A stretch of DNA of 63,960 nucleotides, counting the filler, from Lama guanicoe (taxonomy: Eukaryota), in the NCBI GenBank assembly GCA_013239625.1. It is 180 parts of 180 records of this genome, joined end to end, with 100 filler letters (N's around TTAATTAATTAA, not from the genome) between each part and the next. Parts side by side here need not be neighbours in the genome. Positions count along the whole stretch, not along the records: positions 1 to 255 come from PNXV01049256.1; positions 356 to 610 come from PNXV01049257.1; positions 711 to 965 come from PNXV01049258.1; positions 1,066 to 1,320 come from PNXV01049259.1; positions 1,421 to 1,675 come from PNXV01049260.1; positions 1,776 to 2,030 come from PNXV01049261.1; positions 2,131 to 2,385 come from PNXV01049262.1; positions 2,486 to 2,740 come from PNXV01049263.1; 172 more parts are not named here. One strand, given 5' to 3'. A program made the translations under genes and the position numbers. The notes under the pieces are model-generated. The model did not search any database. It had not been told where the DNA came from and worked only from the letters and a program-made list of their open reading frames with translations. Below are positions 1-12,081 of the stretch, piece by piece (position 1 is the stretch's first letter; every line of letters begins with the position of its first letter).

Positions 1-355
1 CAGCCCCAGATCCATTATGACCAATGAGCAACTGTGCGAATTCTGCTACTGTAAGCAATCTGTTCTAGTTACAATCCTGGGCATTCTGTTCAGTAACAGT
101 AACGCTATGTCCATTTCCTCCAGCAACTGGCCGTGCTCTTCAGTCTAGTTGTTTTTTATAATGCAATCTCCTGAAAATACTGCTTGTTGTTAAAACAAGA
201 AAATACACAGATATTTAACGTGTAGATGTTTGTTTGCAGTTGCATCATGGATTAGNNNNNNNNNNNNNNNNNNNNNNNNNNNNNNNNNNNNNNNNNNNNT
301 TAATTAATTAANNNNNNNNNNNNNNNNNNNNNNNNNNNNNNNNNNNNNNNNNNNN

Positions 356-610
356 CTGTGTCCTCTCCCAAGGAGTGGACAATTCATGGATGGACCAGGG
401 TTCCTTTCTCAGAATGATACTAGGAACAAAGATTCTGAGCACTGAGGCACAGGTGTGGGTGCTTGTAGGAGCTCACAGCTAACAGACCTCAAGAGTAGGT
501 GTGTACGAACTCCTGGGAACACACACACCTACATCTATTTCTGGAGCTAAATTTACCTGTAGAAAGGTCAACATGAGAATGCACAGCTGTCTCCTGTCCT
601 GACTCAACAC
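356..610 (-). mobile_element. Old L1 (L1MC-like) 3' UTR fragment; near-identical reverse-complement copy at 57998-58253
   Basis: Segment GGTTCCTTTCTCAGAATGATACTAGGAACAAAGATTCTGAGCACT resembles the recalled L1MC 3' UTR in antisense. The duplicate is seen directly. Confidence 0.55.
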
Positions 611-2542
611 NNNNNNNNNNNNNNNNNNNNNNNNNNNNNNNNNNNNNNNNNNNNTTAATTAATTAANNNNNNNNNNNNNNNNNNNNNNNNNNNNNNNNNN
701 NNNNNNNNNNACTAAAAACCATTTGGACAAAAGTTTGAGGCCCTTGGATGCAAGAGTATATAATGTTTTTTGCTGTTCTTCATCTGCTTTTGACCCTGAT
801 CAGTCATTATAATACTAGATTGGAATTCGTTGTTAATTTTTTAAGAGTTTTAACTTAGGAGTTAACGTGTTACATTTATTCTGAAGACTGAGCTAGGGGA
901 AAAATTAGAAAAAAGCTGGTAATAAGTTATGGGTTGTTCTAAGTGAACCTGAGGCTGCTGTGACCNNNNNNNNNNNNNNNNNNNNNNNNNNNNNNNNNNN
1001 NNNNNNNNNTTAATTAATTAANNNNNNNNNNNNNNNNNNNNNNNNNNNNNNNNNNNNNNNNNNNNGAGGGATGGGAGTCGTTGGCCCGGGGGTGGGGATG
1101 ATGGGTTGGTGGAACAGCACTCCTGGCCCAGGGAGCAGGGTATGAAAAGGGACAGACCTGGAAAGGGGGCTGGCCCTCACTGTGCGTTAAACTCGGGGAC
1201 GGGGAGGTGGCTGCAGTGACAGTGGCCTGTCAGAAGGACAGGGAGGGGCAGTGCCTTCAAGGGTCCACTGGTTGTGTTTCGCACAGAGGCTCTCTCAGAA
1301 GGCTTGGGGGAGGGAGCGGANNNNNNNNNNNNNNNNNNNNNNNNNNNNNNNNNNNNNNNNNNNNTTAATTAATTAANNNNNNNNNNNNNNNNNNNNNNNN
1401 NNNNNNNNNNNNNNNNNNNNAAAAAAAAAAACATTGGCACAAAACATTACAAATTTTCAAATTGTACCCTGAACGCGATCAAGAATTTGAACCCAGATGA
1501 GTCTGAAGGATGACCAGGACACAGGAGAGAGGCTGATGAGGGAGAATGCAAGTCCAGCACATCAGGCCCAGGATTACAGCATGTGGGCAGAAGACACAGA
1601 AGTTCTTTGTGCTTTCTTTCTTTTTCTTTCCTAGTTAACTGTGCTGACGTCGTCCACAAAGTGAAATTCACCTCCNNNNNNNNNNNNNNNNNNNNNNNNN
1701 NNNNNNNNNNNNNNNNNNNTTAATTAATTAANNNNNNNNNNNNNNNNNNNNNNNNNNNNNNNNNNNNNNNNNNNNTTTTTTTTTTAATGATTTCACTTTG
1801 TCTGCTTAGTTAAGGTAGCACGTGTCAGAGATTTCCCCACTCTTAAAGTTACAATTTTCCCTGTTGTAAATTAGTAAGTAATTTGTGGGGAATGACTTTG
1901 AAGCTATGCAAATACTCTACATCTCATCCATACACTAGGGGTGCAGGTTTCATCACTTTTTTGGGGGGGTTCAACTTTATTTTTAAATTTTTTTAATTGG
2001 GGTATAATTGACATTTGACCCTTTTTTGAANNNNNNNNNNNNNNNNNNNNNNNNNNNNNNNNNNNNNNNNNNNNTTAATTAATTAANNNNNNNNNNNNNN
2101 NNNNNNNNNNNNNNNNNNNNNNNNNNNNNNCTGAGACTGAGCAATGTGGTGCTGGCCTCAGAGAAGCAAGTGATACAACAGGAAAGACAGACTTTTAAAT
2201 AAGCTGTCCAGCAAGGGCAGGATTGACAGAGGTGCAGAATGTCCTGGGTCTCCAGGGAAAACCCTGAGTGGGCCCAGCTCACATTTTAAGAGCTGAGATT
2301 TCGAAGGCAAAGATGAGGGAGAGTTTTGCAGGTACCAGGAAAAGAAGGGGAAAGGCCCAGGGATGTGTCCAGTGGGTCACGATGCNNNNNNNNNNNNNNN
2401 NNNNNNNNNNNNNNNNNNNNNNNNNNNNNTTAATTAATTAANNNNNNNNNNNNNNNNNNNNNNNNNNNNNNNNNNNNNNNNNNNNAGGGTCTGGTATACT
2501 GGAGTGGTCTATCTCATTGTTCTTTCAGGGGATTGCTCTTGT

Positions 2543-2600
2543 ATTTTTGTTTGTTTGTTTGTTTCTTGGTGGGAGGTAATTAGGTTTATTTATTGAATTA
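2543..2600 (-). mobile_element. 3' tail of Vic-1-like SINE
   Basis: GGGAGGTAATTAGGTTTATTTATT is the reverse complement of the AATAAATAAACCTAATTACC tail seen in the SINEs at 34908 and 37706 (close variants at 29907 and 41978). Confidence 0.7.
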
Positions 2601-3550
2601 CTTTTTTCTCTATTTTTTCAGTTTTTTACCAGGTAGAATTGTTACAATTTGACTGCACATATACAATATATTTGTATGTAAACACATATACACAATATAC
2701 TGCACGTATTTTTTAATAAACTTTTTTTAGAGCAGTTTCANNNNNNNNNNNNNNNNNNNNNNNNNNNNNNNNNNNNNNNNNNNNTTAATTAATTAANNNN
2801 NNNNNNNNNNNNNNNNNNNNNNNNNNNNNNNNNNNNNNNNAATGCCAATATCTGAATCCACTGAAGATTATACCCATGGTGTCACAAACTGTAGTAGGAA
2901 ATCAGAAAGGCAAGAGAGGATCAAAGTGGAAGGCAGAGAGTTTATTCATCATCATCTCTAAGTCTGGGTGACAATCAAACATCCAAGAGGAAGTAGCTCA
3001 GCCAAAGAAGGTACTTAATCTAAATGTGAGACCAGTTTGGTTTTGCTGCCTCTGAATTTAGCTGCTTCAAAAATATAAAAAGCAAATTCCATAATNNNNN
3101 NNNNNNNNNNNNNNNNNNNNNNNNNNNNNNNNNNNNNNNTTAATTAATTAANNNNNNNNNNNNNNNNNNNNNNNNNNNNNNNNNNNNNNNNNNNNGAAAA
3201 TTTAATGAAAATATTTGAGGAAAATCTAAAAGAAATGAATAAATGATAAAGACTTAAGACAATTTTTAAAAATAACAGTAGAGTTAATAGGCCACTAGCT
3301 ATTTATGTTTAAGTATATAAACTTAATAACGTACAATAATGTTTACTGCAGCACAACAGGCACTAAGGGTCAGCAGTTGGAACTAAATTCTCTACAAAAC
3401 CGAAACAGACTCACAGACACAGAGAACAAACTGATGGTATCCAGGGGGCANNNNNNNNNNNNNNNNNNNNNNNNNNNNNNNNNNNNNNNNNNNNTTAATT
3501 AATTAANNNNNNNNNNNNNNNNNNNNNNNNNNNNNNNNNNNNNNNNNNNN

Positions 3551-3625
3551 CTCCCTTCCTTCCTTCCTTCCTCCCTTCCTTCCTTCTGCCTTCCTTCCTA
3601 CCTCCCTTCCTTCCTTCCTTTCTTT
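3551..3625 (+). repeat. (CCTT)n microsatellite
   Basis: Imperfect CCTT tandem run, seen directly. Confidence 0.95.
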
Positions 3626-4260
3626 TTCTCATTTTTCCATTGATCCTCCATTTTCTCTCCCCTCAACCCGTCATGCACACATAATCATAATACATATGCT
3701 GCTTTTGAAATCCAAGCATTTCCCCACATCAACATACATTTTTCTGAAGCATGATTTTTTTAAAGGACTGCTTAGCTATCAATTGATTGGCTGTATTTTT
3801 TTTTTNNNNNNNNNNNNNNNNNNNNNNNNNNNNNNNNNNNNNNNNNNNNTTAATTAATTAANNNNNNNNNNNNNNNNNNNNNNNNNNNNNNNNNNNNNNN
3901 NNNNNGTGGCTTCGTTCTAAGCCATTACTTACCAAAATTGTATATTTGGGTCCAACTACACTCTGCAAATCTGAAACATAGTTTCCCATCCCTCACTTAC
4001 ATCTCTAAACCAAAGAGCTTTGTTTCATAGAACAACAGAAATCCTTGTGGCAGCTTGAACATCATCTCGTCTGGTTTGCAGGTTCCTTTTAGATCTCCAG
4101 GGCTGGGCACTCTTCTTACCTGCTTCTGAGCTCAGTATGACTTTACAGTGATCTTTGTTANNNNNNNNNNNNNNNNNNNNNNNNNNNNNNNNNNNNNNNN
4201 NNNNTTAATTAATTAANNNNNNNNNNNNNNNNNNNNNNNNNNNNNNNNNNNNNNNNNNNN

Positions 4261-4379
4261 CCCCTACCTCTTAGGAGCAGTCCCTCAGAGCCATCTGAGA
4301 GGCTGTCATTCCGGCTCGAGTCTTCTCACCAAATAAAACAACTCTCTACTTTTAGGCAGTGCATTTATTTCAGTCAACA
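4261..4379 (+). mobile_element. ERV LTR 3' end (R/U5)
   Basis: GGAGCAGTCCCTCAGAGCCATCTGAGAGGCTGTC, AATAAA at 4332-4337 and terminal TTTCAGTCAACA resemble recalled artiodactyl ERV1-type LTR ends. It finishes in CA. Confidence 0.6.
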
Positions 4380-4515
4380 GTTGCAATAACATATGATTGT
4401 AACCCTGAGAAATGCAGTTTTAAAGGAATTTGCAACAATAGTAGGAATTGTCATTGCCATGTAGGCTGGGACCCTCCGTATTGTGTAAATAAAGGTGCTG
4501 GCGGGAGCAGAGATA
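4380..4515 (+). pseudogene. ADAM metalloprotease EGF-like region, intronless testis-type (ADAM4/6/20/21/29/30 group), apparently interrupted by an LTR
   Basis: Translates VAITYDCNPEKCSFKGICNNSRNCHCHVGWDPPYCVNKGAGGSRD, matching the ADAM G-x-C-N-N-x-x-x-C-H-C-x-x-G-W-x-P-P-x-C...GGS-x-D pattern. No intron before ICNN, unlike multi-exon ADAMs. Upstream sequence is LTR-like rather than Cys-rich domain. ADAM identity is strong; pseudogene status is inferred. Confidence 0.75.
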
Positions 4516-6390
4516 NNNNNNNNNNNNNNNNNNNNNNNNNNNNNNNNNNNNNNNNNNNNTTAATTAATTAANNNNNNNNNNNNNNNNNNNNNNNNNNNNN
4601 NNNNNNNNNNNNNNNTTCTGATTTTTGTGATCCAGTTAGGAATGCCAGTCCCCCTGGCCTCCAGCATAGGGATCCACAGGGTGTCCCCTGGACTGCCGCC
4701 AGATAAGCTGGTGCACCTGATGTGTGCAAAGCTCCCCTATTGTTTTCAAATATTCATGTTTTTTGCTTGTATCCTCTCCAATGTTCTCTCAAGTTTTCTT
4801 TCTACATGAAAGATAGACCCTTAAGTGCATCAGTGTGTGTACACATGTAGTTATGAGTATGCTGATGTGANNNNNNNNNNNNNNNNNNNNNNNNNNNNNN
4901 NNNNNNNNNNNNNNTTAATTAATTAANNNNNNNNNNNNNNNNNNNNNNNNNNNNNNNNNNNNNNNNNNNNTTTTTTTTGCTCATTGCTAGAAAACAAGAC
5001 ATTAATTGCAGATTCAGCTATAAAATATAGCTAAATTTTAGTTTTCCCATTTTAAACACGAAGGAATTGAGCCTCTGAAAGGTTAAGCAGTTGGCCAAGT
5101 GACAGAGCTGGGACTAAAATCCAGGACTGCAGTGAAAGCTCACATTCTCAAGAATGAGACTGCATCGCCGTAGAACTGTAACATAGGCCTTCCTCATTCC
5201 TAAAGGAGAATTTTGGACACATCTTNNNNNNNNNNNNNNNNNNNNNNNNNNNNNNNNNNNNNNNNNNNNTTAATTAATTAANNNNNNNNNNNNNNNNNNN
5301 NNNNNNNNNNNNNNNNNNNNNNNNNAAGGTCAGCCTTAAATGTTTCCCATCTGTTTTCTCAGCAGGAATGAAATCATGGAGAATACATTTTAAATGTACA
5401 TAAAAATGAGGTCTATTCCATAACCAGCATAGTAAGAAAGCAGTCATTGTTACTCAAAAAATAGTACAAGCCCTTTTTTCAACCTTCTTTCCATTTTTGT
5501 CCTCCTTTTTAAAATTTTTATTTCCATCCTTTCATTTTTCTATCTTTCATTTCTATATCAGGTATTTAGTAATTTTTTTTNNNNNNNNNNNNNNNNNNNN
5601 NNNNNNNNNNNNNNNNNNNNNNNNTTAATTAATTAANNNNNNNNNNNNNNNNNNNNNNNNNNNNNNNNNNNNNNNNNNNNCAGCATTTATCCTTTGTGGA
5701 TTTGAATGATGACCTTTCTGACTGGTGTGAGGTGATACCTCATAGTAGTTTTGATTTGCACTTCTCTATTAATTAGCGATGTTGAGCATCTTTTCCTGGG
5801 TCTGTTAGTCATTTACCTCCTCTCTTTTACAGCCTCGGATTTGATTCTTCCTTTCTCAGCCCACGTTCACTTCCCTGGCTCTCGCGATAGTTCACTGCTG
5901 CTTGATCATTGCCTTCCTAGTTCCCGTCTGTCCTTNNNNNNNNNNNNNNNNNNNNNNNNNNNNNNNNNNNNNNNNNNNNTTAATTAATTAANNNNNNNNN
6001 NNNNNNNNNNNNNNNNNNNNNNNNNNNNNNNNNNNCTGTCCTCTGAGCCAGGAGCCTGCCCAGTCCTCCTGTGTGACCACGTTTGTGCTGGAAGGCTCTG
6101 GACATGGAGGACGTCGCACAATCTCTCCAGGGAAGAGCCCGTGACGGAGGAGCCCCTCTTCCCTCAAGTCTGTGTCCTTCACACCATCCCAGGTTCTAAC
6201 ATCATGGCAGGACAGAGCCAGGCTCAATCCCCTCCCTACATTGTACCTGCACTGTCACCTGTCAGCACACCTGCACCACCTGCTCACCTGNNNNNNNNNN
6301 NNNNNNNNNNNNNNNNNNNNNNNNNNNNNNNNNNTTAATTAATTAANNNNNNNNNNNNNNNNNNNNNNNNNNNNNNNNNNNNNNNNNNNN

Positions 6391-6646
6391 AGCTCAATAT
6401 CAGGGAAGCGCAATCCAAAACCACAAGGAGATGCCACTTTAGAACCACGAGGATGACTGTATCAAAAAGATAGACGATAACAGGTGTTGGCTATAATGGA
6501 GAGATAAATTGGAACTCTCATAATCTACTAGTGGAAATATGTAAAACGATGCAGCCACTTTGGAAACAGCCTGGAATTTCTAAAAAGGCCAACCATAGAG
6601 TTTCCTTATAACCCAGCCATGACAATCTCAGGTATGCAGCTGTGAG
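6391..6646 (+). mobile_element. L1 ORF2 3' region fragment (degenerate)
   Basis: CAATCCAAAACCACAAGGAGATGCCAC...GCAGCCACTTTGGAAAC matches the L1 ORF2 C-terminal region. Confidence 0.85.
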
Positions 6647-7457
6647 NNNNNNNNNNNNNNNNNNNNNNNNNNNNNNNNNNNNNNNNNNNNTTAATTAATT
6701 AANNNNNNNNNNNNNNNNNNNNNNNNNNNNNNNNNNNNNNNNNNNNGATGGAAAATTTTCCACAAGCAGGTTTCTGAGTTGAAGAGACTATGTATTTATG
6801 GCTTTTGATACATATTGTTAATTTCCCTCAAAAAGTCTGTACCAATGAATATCCTTCCATCTGCAGTGAGTGGAGGTCTTTACTCTCCTCCACCTTCCCC
6901 AATATTAAATGCCACTTTTTTAAATTAAATTTTTAAAATCAAAGTATAGTCGGTTACAATGTGTCAATTTCTGGTGTACAGCACAGTGTCTCAGTCATGC
7001 ANNNNNNNNNNNNNNNNNNNNNNNNNNNNNNNNNNNNNNNNNNNNTTAATTAATTAANNNNNNNNNNNNNNNNNNNNNNNNNNNNNNNNNNNNNNNNNNN
7101 NCTCTCCACACGCACACTGCCCCCCTCCTTGTGCAAATGTCACTGACCCTGCATTGGGGAGGAGGGGTCCCAGGTACCTCCTAGTCCCACAGGCTGGAGG
7201 AGCGGCCCTCAGAGCTGCAGGTGCCCACACACCAGCCATCTTCCCACCCAGCACTGCGTGTCCACACAGCCTCCCAGAGCCCCGGGGGGTCACAGGCATG
7301 GGGCCAGAGACTTTCCTGGTTCCCTTCTCAGGGGCCCCATTTCATCTGGAATTGCCCNNNNNNNNNNNNNNNNNNNNNNNNNNNNNNNNNNNNNNNNNNN
7401 NTTAATTAATTAANNNNNNNNNNNNNNNNNNNNNNNNNNNNNNNNNNNNNNNNNNNN

Positions 7458-7713
7458 TCTCCTTAATCAAACGCCAGTCAAGCTCCTCTGAGTCCTTTCT
7501 CATGGAGGCCTCCACTTTGGCCAATTAAGATTTGAACAAACGATAACATCACTTCTAGCAGCTCAAGGTCACATCCTGAGGATAACCCCAGCCCTGCCTG
7601 AGAAGATTCAAGGTTGCCAAAAGAATATACTATCAGTTCCAGATCTGAAGAGAGAGGGTCCCCGTCTCCCTGCTTCTATGGGAGGGGAGGAGCCTGACTC
7701 ACAGAAGCAGCAG
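7458..7713 (+). mobile_element. ERV1 LTR fragment, MER31-like
   Basis: CAGCTCAAGGTCACATCC...GCCTGAGAAGATTCAAGGTTGCCAAAAGAAT...GGGAGGGGAGGAGCCT resembles the recalled MER31 consensus; strand not certain. Confidence 0.55.
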
Positions 7714-8524
7714 NNNNNNNNNNNNNNNNNNNNNNNNNNNNNNNNNNNNNNNNNNNNTTAATTAATTAANNNNNNNNNNNNNNNNNNNNNNNNNNNNNNN
7801 NNNNNNNNNNNNNGCAAGATGTTAGCAGTTGAAAACTCTAGGTGAGGAGTATGTAGTATTCATTACAATTCTCAAAAAATTGTAGTGTTTTTCTTTTAAT
7901 TTTCTGTGGATTTCAATTTTTTTTAATAATAATTTAGATTTTAAAAATGAAGAGTTTTGCCAAGTTACCACTTGGGGCTTTCCATGACCTCCATGGACCT
8001 CATCTTCAAAGGGAAGAATGTCTTTGCCACGATCTTAATGTGCTTTGGGGGAGGAACCATGAAAGTCACNNNNNNNNNNNNNNNNNNNNNNNNNNNNNNN
8101 NNNNNNNNNNNNNTTAATTAATTAANNNNNNNNNNNNNNNNNNNNNNNNNNNNNNNNNNNNNNNNNNNNTCTAACAGGAAAGTCCTAGTTCACCTTCCAG
8201 TAAAGCCATGATGGGCCAGATGCATGTACACACTTCTAAGGGGAAGTCCACAGAGTCCTTGGCCCACAACTAACTGAGAAACAGCACAGTGGAATGATAC
8301 CCTCTTACACAGGCTCAATTGTATATCAAATCTTTGGCATTTTCAACTGTGATCATAAGATGTCCTGGTGATGTTGGACTCCTAACGGTACAAACAGAGG
8401 CCCCACATATGGCCTGAAAGTATANNNNNNNNNNNNNNNNNNNNNNNNNNNNNNNNNNNNNNNNNNNNTTAATTAATTAANNNNNNNNNNNNNNNNNNNN
8501 NNNNNNNNNNNNNNNNNNNNNNNN

Positions 8525-8778
8525 ACGTCTCTCCACATGCTCAGTTCTGAGAGATAATTGTGTATGAAAGCCAAATTTCACCTAGCTTGAAGGGAACAAA
8601 AAGTTTCTTTTCAGCTGCAAACTCTACTACATAAATATATATGGGAAGTACAAGCTCCAAAGCGGTTTTACAGTGAAATCCGCAGGTACATGAAACCGGA
8701 ACTAGGAAACAAACTGAGAAACCAGAGTAAGTGCTTCTCCTGAAACCAGTTACCTTTGTGCTGGATAAACGAACGTCT
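8525..8778 (+). repeat. Satellite monomer, about 248 bp
   Basis: Contig begins and ends with ACGTCT (8525-8530, 8773-8778). It aligns full length, circularly permuted, to the reverse complement of 12082-12334. Confidence 0.85.
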
Positions 8779-9946
8779 NNNNNNNNNNNNNNNNNNNNNN
8801 NNNNNNNNNNNNNNNNNNNNNNTTAATTAATTAANNNNNNNNNNNNNNNNNNNNNNNNNNNNNNNNNNNNNNNNNNNNACAAAGAAAGCAATGAGGTCTC
8901 AGAGAAATAAAGTTACTTAAGCACAGGGGCTCTCAAACATCTGCAAACTGTGCTCTTGTTAATAGTTTTTTCATTAACCTTCCCATTCTGTGCTTTGAGC
9001 ATGATGCCCATAAGCCAGTGTAATATTGCATCCAGATGGCACCACACCTCAGAGTTTGGGGTGGGGTGGCTGTGCCCAGCCTCTCTCCCATTCAGGGCAC
9101 AGTTGTTGCAGAAAAATGTGTTACAGCTCAGTGTNNNNNNNNNNNNNNNNNNNNNNNNNNNNNNNNNNNNNNNNNNNNTTAATTAATTAANNNNNNNNNN
9201 NNNNNNNNNNNNNNNNNNNNNNNNNNNNNNNNNNTTTTTTTTTTTTTACAGAGATCTCAGGGAAGAAAGCCTAAGACAGAACATCACCTACTCTCTAATA
9301 TTATCCAACACTCAGATGGACCCCTAGCTGAGAGTGGGAACAGACAGGGGCAACTTCCGTCCCTCGTTTCATTTCGCCAGCAGAGAGGAAGAGGTGAGCA
9401 CTCCATTGAGAAACATGGTGCCATTCAGAGGGGCTGCATGCTCCTCCTGTGCCAGAGAATCCCCTGGTGCCTGGGGACCTCCTTCCCTATNNNNNNNNNN
9501 NNNNNNNNNNNNNNNNNNNNNNNNNNNNNNNNNNTTAATTAATTAANNNNNNNNNNNNNNNNNNNNNNNNNNNNNNNNNNNNNNNNNNNNGCCTCACCCC
9601 CAGCAGCTCTCAAAATCATAGCCCCTACGGCTGTTCTCACTGGTGACCACTGGTGGCGGATCATTTTCTCCAAAGTCATTCTGTCTAGTTCACCTTAGGT
9701 AGCAGTAATGGGCCCTTTCACGCTGCAGCCTGCGTGGCAATGGTCCGCTCAGCCACGCGCAGTGGGAGCCGGACCCAGCAGCCTGGCTAGGGTGCAGCTA
9801 TCTTAATGCACTGCCGTCCACGGCTGGGCTGCAGGAATGTGTGTCCNNNNNNNNNNNNNNNNNNNNNNNNNNNNNNNNNNNNNNNNNNNNTTAATTAATT
9901 AANNNNNNNNNNNNNNNNNNNNNNNNNNNNNNNNNNNNNNNNNNNN

Positions 9947-10202
9947 AAAGTTACATTTACACCATACCATAGCCTATTAAGTGTGCAATAGCATTATGTC
10001 TAAAAAAAATGTGGTGCCTTAATTTTAAAATGTTAACCATCATCTGAGGTCTTCCAGTGAGTCAATTTTTTTTGCAACAGTAATATCAAAAATCACTGAT
10101 CACAGATGCCTATAACAAATATTAATAATAAAAACTTGAAATGTTAGAAGAATTACCAAAATGTGACAAAGAGACACAAAGTGAGCAAATGCTACTGAAA
10201 AA
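9947..10202 (-). mobile_element. Tigger1-derived internally deleted DNA transposon
   Basis: CTATTAAGTGTGCAATAGCATTATGTCTAAAAAA (near one Tigger1 end) is joined to ATCACTGATCACAGAT...GAATTACCAAAATGTGAC (near the other end). Confidence 0.75.
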
Positions 10203-11034
10203 NNNNNNNNNNNNNNNNNNNNNNNNNNNNNNNNNNNNNNNNNNNNTTAATTAATTAANNNNNNNNNNNNNNNNNNNNNNNNNNNNNNNNNNNNNNNNNN
10301 NNATGTTTAGTCTATCATTTCCTTGATATGTGATCTATAGGTAAATAGACATTCTTAAGCTTCAGTTTCTGCATCTGTAAAATGGGAGTATTCATAGTAA
10401 TTTTCAGTTATTGATTACTGTGAAACAAACCACCCCAAAACTTAGTAGCTTGAAACTATAATTCATTACATGATAATGTGGGATAACCAGGTGGTCCTTT
10501 TGCTTCACATGGTATTGGATGTGGCGTCATCTAGGAAAGCTAGAGTCGTCTGGAGGCTNNNNNNNNNNNNNNNNNNNNNNNNNNNNNNNNNNNNNNNNNN
10601 NNTTAATTAATTAANNNNNNNNNNNNNNNNNNNNNNNNNNNNNNNNNNNNNNNNNNNNCTTAGCTGCTTTTATTCTGTTGCTTCTGCCCTATGCTAGTTA
10701 TAAACAGGCCTGGTTCTTGCCTCACATGGGGTTTTCCTGCAAATAGGAGCACGGTGCATCTGTGCTGCTGGAGGCTGAAAATCTGGGTGGAGCCCGCCAG
10801 CCTTCTCTCACACTGAGCTGGGACTCCAAATGGATTTCACGTGGAACACATGATAAAGGACCACCTGAATTTCATCTGACTTTTATTTCCTCCTATTTGG
10901 AGACTAGCCTGGCTNNNNNNNNNNNNNNNNNNNNNNNNNNNNNNNNNNNNNNNNNNNNTTAATTAATTAANNNNNNNNNNNNNNNNNNNNNNNNNNNNNN
11001 NNNNNNNNNNNNNNATCTGAAAAAAATATATATG

Positions 11035-11120
11035 CATATGTATAATTGAATTGCTTTTCTGTACACCTGAAAGTAACATTGTAAATCAACTTAAATCAAA
11101 ATAAAATTAAAAAAAAAAGA
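11035..11120 (+). mobile_element. L1 3' terminus with poly(A)
   Basis: TGTACACCTGAAAGTAACATTGTAAATCAAC followed by an A-tail. The same motif occurs in antisense near 6941, 36101, 42911 and 49121. Confidence 0.8.
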
Positions 11121-11402
11121 GCCAGGGGCATGAGTTCCAGATGGTACAGCTATAAATTGGCAGACCCTCCAACCACCTGGGTCCCTGTGGGACAAGGTGC
11201 AGAAGTGCCCCTGCCCATCTGCATTGGAAGTGGAGCCTGAGTGAGATGTCAGCTCTGCTTGTGTTCGGGTNNNNNNNNNNNNNNNNNNNNNNNNNNNNNN
11301 NNNNNNNNNNNNNNTTAATTAATTAANNNNNNNNNNNNNNNNNNNNNNNNNNNNNNNNNNNNNNNNNNNNAAATCAAGTGAGAGACTGTTAATGATTACA
11401 TC

Positions 11403-11625
11403 AAAATACCATATGATATCGCTCATATGTGGAATCTAAGAAAAAAAGACACAAATGAACTTATTTACCAAAAAAAGACTCACAGATATAGAAAACAAGC
11501 TTACGGTTACCAGTGGGGAAAGGGGACAGGAAGGTATAAATTGGGTGTTTGAGATTCACAGATATAATCTACTATATATAAAAAAGGTAAACAAGTTTCT
11601 TCTGTATAGCACAGGGAACTATAGT
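11403..11625 (+). mobile_element. Artiodactyl-type L1 3' UTR
   Basis: AAATACCATATGATATCGCTCATATGTGGAATCTA...GACTCACAGATATAGAAAACAA...TGTATAGCACAGGGAACTATA. Confidence 0.88.
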
Positions 11626-12081
11626 NNNNNNNNNNNNNNNNNNNNNNNNNNNNNNNNNNNNNNNNNNNNTTAATTAATTAANNNNNNNNNNNNNNNNNNN
11701 NNNNNNNNNNNNNNNNNNNNNNNNNTGAATCATATGAATATACTGCCTATTTAGAAATTTAAAATTAAAAAGTACTGCTGAAGAATTCTAATTTATATTC
11801 TTACAGTTTTTCACCAGATGTCATTATGATTTTGATGACGTCAGAAGAAAAAGATCTTGAACGTTTTGTGTGAGCTCACTTCCATGCATGATTTTCACAG
11901 ATGCAATATTCAAGTAGGAAGGTCATTTAAATGAAACCTCATGTTGAGCTTAATACTACTCAAGACCTTGCCAATTTTAATNNNNNNNNNNNNNNNNNNN
12001 NNNNNNNNNNNNNNNNNNNNNNNNNTTAATTAATTAANNNNNNNNNNNNNNNNNNNNNNNNNNNNNNNNNNNNNNNNNNNN

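Noticed and set aside
8614..8732. Exon-like open segment (TTTTCAG...GTAAGT) reading LQTLLHKYIWEVQAPK
   Set aside because: It lies within the satellite monomer, and the second copy does not preserve the frame or the GTAAGT donor context.
11808..11873. Possible terminal exon after TTCTTACAG
   Set aside because: The short readings (FSPDVIMILMTSEEKDLERFV or FFTRCHYDFDDVRRKRS) are not recognisable; support is insufficient.
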